Numbered from the whole stretch's first letter, positions 13,034 through 26,698 are shown. The stretch: DNA of 46,211 nucleotides, filler included, from Catajapyx aquilonaris (GCA_000934665.2; 2 parts of 2 records of this genome joined end to end with filler, not necessarily neighbours in it); one strand, 5' to 3'. Made by a program: numbers and translations. Notes: generated from the sequence alone by a model not told the origin.

Positions 13034-16000
13034 TGGCTCTCCCAGGCCGGGGCGGGGTTAGGATAAGGTCCTATAGAGGCACAGGCGCCTACCCAACCAC
13101 CCCCGATAGACCCCCTGACGACCACGACCCTGCAGTCCAGCCTAGCGATGCTCTCAGGCCCTTTCGGCTCCCTCACATGTGCGCCATTTTGATTCTTCTT
13201 CTTTTCCCAAGGGTGAGTATCATATCTGCATTAATCTCAAGATCTTCAACCCCTTATCCCCAAAAACCTTCTCAAGTCGACCTATGTTGCCGGTTCGCCC
13301 AAAAATTCAGCATGATGGCATGTGGTTGCATTCTGCATTATTAATAAAACGGTAAGCTCTGGGGAGTTATGGGGATTGGATAGGTATTGTGAATGTGAGG
13401 CTGACATATCAGGAGAAAAGCTGAGCCCAACGCCATTTTTGCACGCACTGCGGTGCTTCCCTTTCCTCCGTCCAATCGATAGGAACCCAAAAATGAAATA
13501 CTGCGCAACCTCCATCATAACTCTTGTCTTGAGCTTCATCTATAAAAAAAAATATCTACAAAGATAGTCACGGACTATTGCGGCTAATTGGCGCAAAATC
13601 CCAATCGGGAATGGGTAAGAGGCATGAACTTCTTGGCGACCGCCTCAAGGAGAGACTTGAACGCGAGAAGGCCAAGGAAGCACCACCACCTCGAGATTTT
13701 CTACCATCGATCTGGAGATCTGCAAATGGCGGACCAGGGATTCGGAAGGATGGCTCCCATTGGGTCCATATTTTTTAAAGAGTGGAAATGTGTTTTGAAT
13801 TGAAGCGGTTAATTGTGTGACATCAGTCGGTGGCTTGATTTATTAGAGGGTGTCGTGCATGGTGCAACCCGCCCACGCCAGGACTAAAAGATGGCAATCG
13901 TCGCAATAGAGGGGGTCATTTAGCTCTAGTTACTCGCAAGGGAGAAGGCCATATTAAAAGTTTCAGTCGGAAGTCATAAAACACACCAGAATAAATTGCA
14001 GATCAGGGAGCCCAAATTAAACAGGGCACTGCTCAGAAAATTGAGCTTTATAATATTATTTTTCCATATTTGCAAATCTCTCGAGGTAATCAACCTCCGT
14101 GCCAACCGGAAATCTAAAACCCGCTAATTCAATTTGGCGACGGAGAAAATTTTCAAATTAGAAAGTCTCCGCTGCTCACTTTTCGCTCTCTGGCCAGGTT
14201 GCGAAAAATACATATACCTGAGCTGGCAATCACAACGTAACGTGTACTTAGCCAATTGCTAGCACATTACGCCTCATTTGCATACATACTTTATAACTAT
14301 TTCCCTGGAAATTGCCAGCAAATATCGAAAGAAACCGGCCTTAATTACGAGGGCGGGGCAAGATTAAGGGGTAAATATGTATATGATTAAGTGTTTGGTC
14401 ATGTTTGGTACGAGCACTCAAAAAGTGATTATTCTCATTTTTTTTGTGAAGATCTTTTGATTTCCCCCCTTCCCCACCCTTCCACTCCACCCACTTCTGA
14501 TCAGGGCGCTATAACTGGTCATATCTAACGGATGATCGTAGGTGATTTGTAGCCTCGTTTCGTGTCTGCTGAACTAATGGACACGGCGAATAAAGGCAAA
14601 CATGTGAGTTGCAAAATTCCGAGCTTAATCTGTCTTGTTTTGTGCATTTGGCATACAGCTAAGTGGACTAACTACCTTGATCAAAGATAGAGAAAATGAC
14701 TGGGTTTCTCATGAGTAATGGATCAACTGAACGGAAATGGCAAACAAACCGGCCACATAGCACTTCCGTGCACAATTTCTAAAGACTTGTGTTTGCACAA
14801 CTCAGTACCTTAGCCGCATGAATAACTCGAGGGTGAACCAGACATGGACTTCTGCCACTAGTCGATGGTAATTGCCCGGGGCATATTCATATGAGGCCAT
14901 GTAGTACATATCACGTCACAAAAGTGCACTAATTGTGGTTAAGATAATTTAGAAGCTGATATACTGAATACTTATTGGATGGATGCTACAGGTAAGTGAT
15001 CTGTTGATGGCCCCTGGCAAGTGCACCATGCTGTGAACAAGAGAGGCTTTTGGGTTGCAGAAGTGTCCAGGATACGTTAGTTTACCGCTCGGCATTCTGG
15101 GGGTGGAGTTCTCTCAACTTTGTTTACTATTCTATGCTTTGTATGTTGTAACTGCATGGAGCTGCCAGGTATTTATATGCGCATTCATATTAAATATCTT
15201 AACCACTGTGGCACTGTACTGTATAACTTATGTATAGTTTTTTTCCAAGGTGGGCGTTGCTTATACGTTACGAAATGATAATAGCGGAGTGTTACAAACA
15301 TGTGTCGGATCATGGGTGTGTCGGCCTTGGCTGGTTTCCAAGTTTGTGTTGACATGTTTACACTGTCTTCGCACCTGAGGCATCTTGCACAGATTTGGAC
15401 GATAAGGATACCTAGTGCAAAATAATCACATTTCTGGAGGGCGAACGACAGTTATAGAATGTATACAGATCTAGTAAAAAAGCAACTAAAATGTTTAAGT
15501 CTGTGCAATATTACGCGTAATTATCTGTCAATATTCTGAAACTATAAGTTTATCCTAAAATCTGGATATAGCTTCTCCCCAGCTATAGTTTCATTCTGCC
15601 ATCCAACTCTCATTCTTACGTATCAACTTCTGTAATTGTGTACTTGCCTTAAAGAAACAACGGTCAACCATTACAGGGTTACATACCCTAATGACACTTT
15701 ATCAAGTCCCACTTTCAAAAATGCGCGCACTGAAAAGCACATTAAGTACCAAGCCCCCAAGAATTTTCTTCAATCTGCATTTCTTCACAATATTATTTTG
15801 TATAAATTTAAACAAAATAGTCATCATAACAATGACTAAACCAAATTCTGGCAACCCCAAATTATGTCCCCCATTTTCTGCCCCAGCCAGGAAGAGACTA
15901 TTAGCACGTTGCTAGTCCGAGATTATAGGTGAAATCCCACCTGACTCATGGGTGAAGACGGCCTGACAGACGCTGCAGGGCCACATTCGGAGCGAGGACG

Positions 16001-17868
16001 TAAGCTGGGAGGTTTCCGGGTGACAGGCCAAATGTTTCCGGAGGCTGCCTTCGTTGACGTAGTGCTTTCCGCAGACGGGGCAGGGATGGTTGGCGGTGCG
16101 GCGCTTGGCTGTCGGGGGCAAAGAGATACAGCCCGTGGGGGGAGGCCATTCGGGGCACAACAGGTCACAACGCAGCAACCCTCCCCATCCCTTGAATATA
16201 TTCATCTTGCTCTCACACACATCCAATTTTTTTTTTTCGTTTTCATTTCTTTCTCACCAATCCCAACCTTTCTTCTACTCTCGACCAATCAACCGCCATC
16301 CCAGTTGGTAATAGCCCTTGAAAAATTTTGGACCCCCAGGAGCGCCAAAAAGGAACCCCCTTTTGTACATCCCTCCGCCCCTTTCTCAGCAGGCGATTTC
16401 GGGGGACAACCAACAGCAGTGTAGCTTCAGAGTGACGTCGATTGGCGATGACGAGAACTACACAGACACACAAACGCACAACACTATTGCAGTAGTCAGC
16501 GAAGGGGAAAAAAATTTGTTTGCCAGGTTGACATATTCCCATCGGCGGCCAAAAATATTGAGTAGTGTGTTTATTTATTATTTTTTTATTACTTTGTGGT
16601 AGTTTCTTTTCTCAAAGAACCCGCTTTTCGGGGCCGCCGCCTGACTCAAGCAAACCCGTGCAAATCCCTTGGGAGCCCAATTTGGGATTTATGCCCGGAT
16701 TGCCTTAACCCTTTGCCACAACCACGCCGGAAAAAAATAAGTGTCACGGTATACATTCCAGTATACAAAAGAGTACGCCTAGAAGAATTTATTGCAAAAC
16801 GGTACAATAAGAAATTAACACAAGCATAAACAAAAAAAGGAGGGTATAAATCCGCACATTCTCTCGTTGTCTTCACAATTAATCTCAAAATACTGGCCCA
16901 ATACGTACGGGCACAACAATACTGCACAAAAACCATACGTCCTGAGTGGTTTATTTCTGCACTGATAACACTGATACCAGGGGGGCCACTTTAACTCCCT
17001 CAGTCTACAAAAAACTCCCCGTCAAAAAAAACCACACGAAACGACAAAAAAGTTTCTTTTTAAACGTTGTGGCAAAGAGTCAGGCAGCGCTTAACCATAT
17101 CCGGGCAAAGTCAAAATCGGTGCCTCGAAAAAAACAAAAATGCATTGGAACCGGGGCTTGATCTACAAGAAAAAGCCTCTCACAAACTACACTACAGTGT
17201 TGGGAAAGTCGATTCAGAAAAGTAACAAGTTACGGTTACATCTGGGCTTATGCCTCCTATGTTACTATAGTCTATAGTATTTCATGTATGAAAATTTTAG
17301 GTTGCTGTGGCGCTAAAAGGCTGCATGACAAAGGCGCCATTTTGGCTTTGTGACATCACACACACTTGACGCTAGCAATCAAGCGCATGTGACTGTTCTA
17401 ATATTATGCAACCAAAAATCCCTATACTGTAACTAACCTACATGCTATCCAAAAATGCAAGTAACTAGTATCTCGTTACTTTACTTCCCAACGCTGACTT
17501 CAGATCTGACTTTTTAATTATTTTTTGACAATATGAGAGCTGAGCACTCTGTAATAATTAATTTGAATGAAGATGAAGCCCCGGCGCCATATTGTGTATA
17601 TAGTTTTGAATGCTTATTTTGTCGATGGGGAGATGGCCCCCCGCCCAATAATCTCACCGTCCACGGGGCCCCCTTGTTGGTGCGGCCACTCTTGGAAGCC
17701 ATAGGCAGAGGCAGAGGGGAAGTCGGGCCACTTACTGGCGACGCCGGAAGCGTTGGGGTCCTTGTGCGTGTGCTTCATGTGCTCCATCAGCACCTCGCCT
17801 CCCAGGAACATCTTGTGGCAGATGGGGCAGCTGGTGGCGTTCGGCCCGCCAATCAGCGCCGCGTGTTG
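11571..17868 (-). CDS. C2H2 zinc-finger transcription factor, 5'-incomplete (~537 aa in window)
   Basis: Exons 17868-17736, 16108-15941, 12960-11978, 11900-11571, all GT-AG and phase-consistent (1,1,0). Fingers CPICHKMFLGGEVLMEHMKHTH, CPVCGKHYVNEGSLRKHLACH and CSVCQAVFTHESGLLNHMEH (spans an intron), followed by polyA/polyQ/polyG tracts and a helical C-terminus. Confidence 0.88.
12659..12745. repeat. Coding CAG/CAA trinucleotide repeat (polyQ)
   Basis: (ctg/ttg)n on the plus strand, encoding QQQQSQ(n) in the zinc-finger gene. Confidence 0.9.
12996..13030. repeat. (CT)n/(GA)n microsatellite
   Basis: Pure dinucleotide run in the intron, just upstream (minus-strand sense) of the 12960 acceptor. 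Confidence 0.95.
17195..17496. mobile_element. Degenerate hAT-like MITE in intron
   Basis: Ends CAGTGTTGGGAA / TTCCCAACGCTG with subterminal GTAAC/GTTAC motifs; TSD not recognisable. Confidence 0.55.
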
Positions 17869-20800
17869 CTGCAGGGGGTGGTCAAGGGGGGAAGAAATTT
17901 GATTGTTTACTCACCTCACATATCAACACATACCATCGTACTTACTATCAAATGTCTTAAGCGCTATGAAATCAAAGGCATTTTTTTTTGGAGTCGAGTA
18001 ACACATGATTGCTTACGCCATTAGGGAATATTTCAAATTCCCGTATGACCAATGGGCATATTGCACGTTTTTAACAGGTATAGTTAATCATGCATGTTTA
18101 AAATTTTGGGTCGAATCGACTTCAAAATGTGCCTTTGATTGTTCGTATTTTGCTTCTCAGTTCATGTTCACGAAAGTTGGCGAAATATCAGTCTTAAGGC
18201 TGAATTAATCCTAACGTTCGTGTAGAATTAAAACAAAATAGATTTGAAAAATGAACTAATAGATATGAGTAATTTCACATCATTGCATTTACCAACTGTG
18301 GAGATTTGCAATTGCAAGGGCTTTTAATATTTAAAAAACACAGCTGCTGAATGCGCAATTTCTACAGCAGATAATGCAAAATGCAGCCTATATACTATTT
18401 TAAGTATTATTGCCAATAAAGTTAAGGAAAGAGGAAATGAACACTACAAAAAAGAGACGGCATCAGCATCAAGATGCATATGAGGCATACAAACATATTC
18501 ATGCACATAGCTATATAGCCCACCATAGCAACATTAAAACCGACAGGCAGCAAGGCCGGACACATGCACATTATTTGCATTATCGTTAAGGACACAAGCA
18601 GACTTATTTTTTAAAGGTTTAGTGCCTCAGATTTTCTTAAATATTCTCCTAAAATAATTCATGCAGAAATCTTGCAATAGATAACTCAGCAGCTTGTTGG
18701 CTCTCCACAATATTACAGTTTTTAAGCAACATACTGCCCTGGGCTGAATACATGCCAACTTCGTGAATCTCACGTCTCATCACACACTGCCTTGTCAATG
18801 CTGATTCTTACTGATATTACTGTGAGGTCAATCCTTCAAAATTCGATTACGAAGGTTAAGCTTGATATTGCAATGGGACAACAATGTGACATGTCTGAAG
18901 ATGTCGCTAATTGCAGAGCATCATTAACGCACTTTCTACCTTTCAGATTCCGACATCTAACTGCATCTCCAAGCACGGTAAGTCCCCCCCCCCCCCAAAA
19001 AAAAAGTCCAGCATGGTATTCAAATCGCCCATAAACCAACCCAGAAAATGCCTGTCCCTTTGGTTTGTCAAATGTATGTACAACATCGGGTCCTTTACCC
19101 CTTGGGACCCCCCTTCTTTTTTTTTTGGTTGTTAGTGGCCTGATGAGAATAAGAGCTGTGCAGCCTTCCGTGAGATGGTTTCTTTTCGCTCCACGCGACT
19201 CGTGCCTCTCTTTTACATTTTCATTTCGGGCTTGGTTTCCTCATCTCCTCATATGCACGAAGGCAGGATGGATTATGGTCAGGTTTCTCTCTCCCTTTTC
19301 CCCTTCCCACCCCCTCCGCGACCCAAATGAGATTCTCCTATTGATGAGCGCAGAAATGACTCTCATTGGAAATCTTTTTCCCTCTCAAAGGGAGAAAAGA
19401 GAGAGAGAGGGGGGGGGGGGNGGGGGGGGGGGGGGTCCCAAGTCCGGAGCCTTCACAAAGTTACATGCAATCAGTGGCCCGGTTCGTCACTTCCACTACT
19501 TTTGCGCGAATTACGCTCGATGCGGATTGATGGGTGAGGAACAAAATTATTCAGAAATCGTATCAAGGAAGAGGATCGCGCGACTCACTCTCAACCATTT
19601 TCTCATTTGCATGTCAGATGTGTTCGTATAGTTGCAATGTGAGCGTGTGCATGTGGGTTAATTGAATGTGGTAAATGTTATTAGATGGCTCGAATGCAGG
19701 TTGGAGTTTGTTTGGAAGCGCCTGGCGTATCCTGCGCGTTATGCAACACACCTTACACGGGGTGGAATCGGGCGTGAGTCTCTCCCGCTAGTGATGAGAA
19801 AGCCTTATATTAGGCGCATCAGTGTCATTAGATATTCTCCACCTTCAACAATGCTTTGTGAACATGGACGCCGACGAACTTTCACAGGGTGCTCCAAAAC
19901 TATATTCCACTTTAAATGTGACGTATAATTTGCAATGGGTCAGTTGCTATTATCCTTTGAAGATAGGTCGTGGTAACAAAGTTTGGGCAGGGCATTGTAA
20001 TATTTTCGATTTATGATGATTAATATCCCTACAAGCATAATTAAAATGAAGATTAATATAATTATGCTCGACTATGTCACAATAGTAAAGGCAAAGCGGT
20101 ACACTTTATAGGCTTGGATAAGTAAGCAAGTAATTATTAACAAAACGATCGTTGGTTAACTGCCGACGACAAAATCACCCGCCTTCGTTGGGGCCATATA
20201 TTACTGTAAATATACTGTACAACGTCAAATATGGAGCAGGCAAATATTTTAGATGAAGCCATTCCCTGACGCCAAAGAGCGGCAGTTTTAATATTTTGCT
20301 CTGGATATATTTGATGTACTGATATGATAATTGCGATTATTACTTGGACTACAAATATACTACAAAAATATTTATCACGCAACCAGAGCAATAAAAAGCT
20401 GCTTACATTTACCATGCAAACGTTTTTTTCTGGGAAGCAAAAAATTGTAGCAATTTCAGCATTAAATTTTCAATATATACCATTTAAAATTAGACAGATA
20501 TAAATTTAATATTTACTACCATCTCGGTGGAATCGAGTAAATTTTAACGTTCTCTTACTTTTAAAAATTGAAAAATATCCTAATTTACAAACAGGCTCGA
20601 GTACATAATTTAACCGCTCAAAACGCAACAATCCCACCCAAAAACGTCCTCAACTCGCAATCTGACGAAGAGCGCCTCATAGGTTGCAATAATAGGAAAA
20701 AGTCCCTCCCCCCCCCCTCCCCCCAATCTTTTTATCGATCATCCCCTGAACAAATGCGCAGCCACCTAGCCACAACCACCATCCTACGAGTGTTACAATC

Positions 20801-23070
20801 GAATCATATATATATTTTTCTGAGCCCCCCAAAATCTCCAGACACCAAGCCCTTGTATGTATAATGATCCTCTAAAAAACCAACCCTACGAGCGGGTGCG
20901 CAGGGTTGCCGCCGAGAAGCGCTGGCATTTATTTGCATGTGAGAGATACCCGGTTGACTCCGGGTTTGAACAGACACCCACAGATGGCGGTCGCATTTCC
21001 TTCCCCATCCGGCAGCACTCTCCCCTTAGGAGACGCACTTTTGTATCTACATGCTAATGTACGTAATTAATTTCATTGCTAATTGTTATGCAGTGGCACT
21101 TTTTATTCAAAAAAAAAATGATTTAATATTGGTGCCATTTTTTAATAGTAACTTAAGGACTACTGTAGGCTTGGTGTCTGGATGGTCGGCGGCTGGTCCG
21201 TTGATTGTTGGGGTCTTTATTTATTGGTGGTCTTCATTGCGGATGGTTGCTGCAAGGCGTATTGTTGAGGGGGGTTGACGGAATTTTATTGTGTGTGGAC
21301 AGAGTGGAGGTAACAAAAAATTGGTAAAATAATGGGTACCGTACGTTATGTAGTTTGCATGCAAATTTTACAAGCGCAAACTGGCAGGTGCATTACCTGG
21401 TTCACAAAAACAGGGAACAAACTTGCAGTTTACATTGCGGATTAATAAATTACTAATAATGGATTCATACATGCTAATATTTTTACAACATTGATCCGTG
21501 TTGTCGGCTACCTACAGGTTGACAATGGGGGCAGGCAAGGATAACAAAATGATAGGGGGGCTACAAAAACTGAAAATGAACATTTAAATGAAACTGAAAA
21601 TATAAAAATAATTGTACACAATTTCATTATGTAATTATTGTAAGAAAAACAACACTACTGAACACTACTGAAAACATAGTGGATAGCAATACAGGTCCTA
21701 TTCTTGTCAGGCTCGTAAGTTGGGGGTTAAACTATAGGAAGGCAGGACTACATACACCAGTACAGTAACATCTGGCTGCATTACAGCAAAACATGACATA
21801 CGTCGGTGTAATAACTACCTATAGGTCAGGTGTAACATGTTTACTTATGATACCTGCATGCCAACCCATAAACAACATGGGAGAGAGGGTGTACAACATA
21901 CATTTGGTGGAGGGAAGGGTTGGAGGCAGGTTAGCCCTGCGTGACATAGGTCATAAAAGCTGAAAATCAGCATGACATACTTTATGGACGAGCCCTTAAT
22001 TCCAATATGCATACCCTGCACATGAAGCGCCATTCAATAAACCTTCCCTTCTATTAAATCGCCAAGTAAACTCATTACAGTGTAGTGGAATCGGGGTGCC
22101 AAGATAATATTTCGTACTGATCAGATGGTTGTTGTATAAGATAAAAGTTTGCTAAAAGGATAGTTTCGTGCCAAAGGGTAAAAAAATGTTGAATTTGCAA
22201 TAATCAGACACGACACCATCAGGCCGTGCCATGCCCATTCAAAACTACCTGCCATGAACGCCTCCAACGACTTATACAATTTTTTTGTACCCTCCATCCA
22301 TCCAAGACATCCCACCACACCCTACCCATTTTTCTACCTATCCGATGAGAAAAGCAGAGGACATTTGCCCTCGCCATGCAAAAAAAGGAACCGAGGCCCA
22401 TCTGAATGAGTCTCTGTCTGATGGTGGGGCATTTATTAGCAAGGTCCTGTACAATGAGAGCCTCCCTTTTTGCTGCCTGCCTCCCCCCCCCCCCCTCATT
22501 AATTTCGCCCTGTAATTCATTATCCGCAACCTTTCAAGGGAAACTCTGGCCCAATAAGCGGATGCGTGTCTGTCTCTACCTCTTCCGTTGGCCTGCTAAA
22601 CACTTCTTCCCAGGGTGCCATTCCGGTTACGATTTGCACTCACATGTACCGGTCTGAAGGTGCAAATACACTTCGATTACACTGCGGTACTTTCAGGATT
22701 TTCAACATGTGTAGTTAAATCAAAATTTGGACCAAATATGGCGTCGCTTATGTCGTTTAACCGACCTTGGCATTGGAAATCCGGTCAGTTTAAATATTTT
22801 AAAAAAAATGTGCTGGGTAAATTTTAAACCCGGATTGCGGTTCTCCCAAAGTTGAGAAATGTTTCCCGGATTGGGATTCCAGCCCCCGCAGGGTTAAAAG
22901 TGCCAAATGGAGTTGGTGGTCTCCAGAAGAAGAAGGATTGCGGTTAACATTGTGGTTCTTGGAGAGGGTTTTGGCTGACATGCCGGCTGGTACAGCCTCG
23001 TGAAAAGGTGACTAATGACACGATCTGGATCTTTTTTCTTAAAAAAAAAGAGGGGGGGGGGAATGGTTTG

Positions 23071-23170
23071 NNNNNNNNNNNNNNNNNNNNNNNNNNNNNN
23101 NNNNNNNNNNNNNNTTAATTAATTAANNNNNNNNNNNNNNNNNNNNNNNNNNNNNNNNNNNNNNNNNNNN
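23071..23170. other. Assembly gap/linker with six-frame stop
   Basis: 44 N + TTAATTAATTAA (23115-23126) + 44 N, exactly 100 bp. Confidence 0.95.
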
Positions 23171-23961
23171 TTTTCGAGATCGCCAAATTAAATGTAGACG
23201 CAAACCCGAGATCGCGAAATTAATGTATACCGCCAACTCCCCCGGTTCCCCGAGAACAATAGCCCACTCCCTTCTCTCCCCCCTCCTCTCCAGCCGCTGT
23301 CACTCAATCCAGCCGGTGAAGTTCGTTAAAGCCCGAGAACAATAGCCCAATCCATCACCCACTGACAGCTCCATTCACTCATCCCACCCAGCCTTTTTTC
23401 ATGATACGTCACCTAGGGCGCATTTTAATACTCCACAGCTTTGTGAACCGTGACGTCACGGGTTCTGTAACCGGATGGATTAGGCGGAACATGGTCACTC
23501 CGTTGACGACGAACTCCAGGTTATTATTTCCAGCTCTCTAGCGGTGCTGGGTACGCCCGGGCGGGAACGCGTAGCGCCGAAGGCGCGCCAATTGGGGCGC
23601 AGCCCCAAGGGGGGGTGTGGGGGGGGCGGAGCCCCCCCGCCTCGCAAAGCGAGTATATTTTATATACTGTCATGGCAGACAAAGTGTGAACGTCACCTCT
23701 CAGTTTCACCAGCAGGCGACTGACTCGCTCGTCTGCATGCGTGTCGTCCGTGTCGTCCAACTACCTCCGCGCCGTGTCCAACCAAATTAGGGGTTGCCGA
23801 TAATGCTGGGGGACCGCATACGGCTGATGGCCAGGCCATGGGCAGGCCTAATGGCGGTTATGGCCATATGGCGGATGACGACTGCCCTGCCCAATAAGTG
23901 TAGCCACCTGTCGGCACTTAGATACACTAGTGCCGACAGGTGACGCGGCGCTCGCGCGCGA

Positions 23962-24272
23962 GGAAATGTTCACGTAACGTTCAATGAACATTCCAATAGA
24001 GCATTCTATGTATGTCCAGAGATGAACATTCACAGAACATTCCCTGAACATACGGAACATTCAGATCATTCCCTGCACATTCACGAACGTCCACTTCATG
24101 TTGGTGTGTCAATGGGGAACATTCACTGAACGTTCACAGAACATTCAAATAAAACATTCCATGTATGTCCCTCTACGAACATTCACGGAACGTTCACTGA
24201 ATGTACAGAACATACATCACATTCCCTGCACATTCACGAACGTCCACTGAACGTTCGTGTGTCAATGGGGGT
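23962..24272. repeat. Degenerate GAACATTC/GAACGTTC motif array, probably TE-internal
   Basis: Many gaacattc/gaacgttc motifs; block cattccctgcacattcacgaacgtccact..gtgtcaatgggg occurs twice (~24067 and ~24220). Confidence 0.7.
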
Positions 24273-24546
24273 ACTGAACCAAGAGCTACCAATTATAGTT
24301 CCAGCAATGAATGAGAGAAATTACCAATGTTAATTACGTACACGTAGGCTACAGGAATAACTTGCCCAACTATAGGACTGCAGTTTGAAAGGCTCTCTCT
24401 ATATACGAACCTGCAAGCGCACCTTATTATTACATGAGCTGGAGTCTCGGCCTGGCTTCTGGGAGTGTGATTTTGCCACGGGGCAGGGGCAGGGGCAGGG
24501 GCAGGGGCAGGACCCGAGGCGAGACACGTACGAGAAGAACCTGAAC

Positions 24547-24650
24547 CAAGATGGCCGCCAGAACGTTTATTCCAAGCCCCGCCCACTTTGAATGGCTGAC
24601 GTCATCGAGCTATACACGAGCGAAAAATGAGGCGTGGCTTGTGACGTCAC
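24547..24650 (+). promoter_or_regulatory. Putative promoter of the ankyrin-RING gene
   Basis: YY1/Pho-like CAAGATGGCCGCC (24547), GC box CCCCGCCC (24577) and two perfect CRE palindromes TGACGTCA (24597, 24642), ~310 bp before the candidate first coding exon. Confidence 0.5.
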
Positions 24651-24960
24651 GTTCGAATAACGAAAGCGCGGTGTTGTCAGATCATGCAAGAGAAATTAAC
24701 GTACACGAATTTAATCGGCATTCATTTGAAATATGCAAAGTTAAATTATAATTAAGTGTTAAGATAGAGTCATCAGGTTCGACTCCATTTGTTTCTTAAG
24801 CAATATAATAACATATGATGATGGTGGCGCACTTGTTCCTTGTCCATTGTTTATTCATGTTGGAGACAAAAGCAGCAGCAGCAGCCGTCGTTCTCGTCCA
24901 GTTGTTGTCTCCCTAAATAATCCATCACTTATTATTCGAAGTAGGCCTCTCAACATCAGC

Positions 24961-25056
24961 ATGAAGGTCGAGATGAAGCAGCAGACTCGTCCATCGTCAG
25001 GAACCAGGGGAGACGACGACGAAGGCCTGGACCACCACAAAGGAATAAAGGATAAG
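24961..25056 (+). CDS. Candidate first coding exon of the ankyrin-RING gene
   Basis: ATG..MKVEMKQQTRPSSGTRGDDDEGLDHHKGIKDK|gtgggt, phase 0, compatible with the acceptor ttccag|26699. Confidence 0.45.
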
Positions 25057-25639
25057 GTGGGTGAAAAGCCCAGCAAAGAGAATGTTTGGAGGACTTGGAA
25101 CTCAATACGGAGAATCACTCGCATTCGAACGTTTAAAAAAATATTTAAAAAAATCCCGCAGGTCCTTCAGGTTGGAATATAACAGCGAAAAGAACATAAG
25201 AATAATGATTATAATAATAATAATAATAATAATACATCAACAGCAACATCATGACATTTCCCTATGAGGGGTAGTCAGCGATGAAGGGAGAATAATAATA
25301 ATAATACATAACTCACATGATAACTAACAGATGATGGTTTAATATAACTAATAGGTAATAGCAAGAGCTGGTAATAGATAATTAGTAGTAATAGTAGTAG
25401 TCGTAGTCTTACTAGTAGTATAGCCTAGTGCGAATAAGAAGATTAACATAGAAGGAGTAGAAGACGACCAACAACAATAATCATAATCACCAGTAGATGA
25501 TAACTAATAAATAGCCGATGATGGATATTGAAGCTAATTAATGATAATGAATAAATAATTAGATATATAGGCCTAATAATAAACTAGCATATAGTAAATA
25601 ATAACTGATAATTTACTAACAGCTCATTCATTGCAATTG

Positions 25640-25925
25640 TAATTTATTAATTTCAATGATCATGTATTAATTTCAATGATCATGTATTAATTTCAGTTGC
25701 TATTATTAATTTCAATGATCATGTATTAATTTCAATAGCTATTATTATTTATTAATTTCAGTGATCATGTATTAATTTCAATAACTATTATTATTTATTA
25801 ATTTCAGTGATCATGTATTAATTCCAATAACTAATGTTATTTATTAATTTCAATGATTATGTATTAACTCCAAAAACTATTATTATTTATTAATTTCAAT
25901 TAGTATTTATTAAATCTAATTATTA
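25640..25925. repeat. AT-rich minisatellite
   Basis: Tandem degenerate units built from tattaatttca(a/g)tgatcatg and aactattattatt. Confidence 0.85.
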
Positions 25926-25980
25926 TGCTTCTTCTTACTAATTATGTATGAGATATTATGTTATTAACTAGCAGTTGATA

Positions 25981-26266
25981 GACCGAAGCAGGTTGGTGTA
26001 GTGGATATGGAGTCCGCCGGCTAATCGGGAGGTCCGGGGTTCGAATCCCGGGGCCGGTGACCCTGACCGTGGTTTTCTGTGGTTTCCCATGGTCCCCTCC
26101 AGGACAATTCCAGGGTCGTTTCCGTAATTAATAGGCCACAGCCGCTTCCTTCCTTTCCTATCCTATCCCAAAGAGCAAAGGAAAAATGAAAGCAAAGACA
26201 AAAAAGATAAAAGACAAAACAAAATTGGGACGAATTTTTTTTTCTTCTGTACGAATTAATAATTAT
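25981..26266 (+). mobile_element. tRNA-derived SINE, copy 2
   Basis: GACCGAAGCAG head, A box TGGTGTAGTGG, B box GGTTCGAATCCC, body CCGTGGTTTTCTGTGGTTTCCC..GGCCACAGCCGCTTCCT; purine-rich tail resembles copy 1. 3' boundary approximate. Confidence 0.85.
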
Positions 26267-26698
26267 AACTAACAGAGCGATAGATGATAACATAACTAAT
26301 ACATGATGATGATGATGATGATGATGATGCAGACCCAGAGGTTTGCCTTCTATTGTTGAGGATTGTTTGGAAGACAACAGTGGAATGCAAGGAGACAAGA
26401 CGAGTTGCTCGTAAAATCAGGAATAGCGCAGGGTTTGTGGAAATAGAAATAGAAAATAGGCACCTATTAAATGGGATAGAAGAGCGGACAGACTGTGTTG
26501 AAAGTACTGAGCAGTTGCTACGTACTCGTACGAACAATGTCGTTCCGAAGCTTCGGGAGGGAATTCAAGTTTTTTGAGAGCAAGCCTCACGCTTTCACGA
26601 TTCGCATTAACTTATTGGGAAACAGCATTAAGCGTATGTCTTGAATTATGCAGCGGCTATATGTAACATGTCATTAATGTTTGCACGGTACATTCCAG

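Noticed and set aside
23115..23126. TTAATTAATTAA as a biological palindrome
   Set aside because: Sits exactly in the centre of the N run; an assembly linker.
25981..26056. Second tRNA gene
   Set aside because: Has A and B boxes but no proper acceptor stem, and continues into a repeated SINE body.
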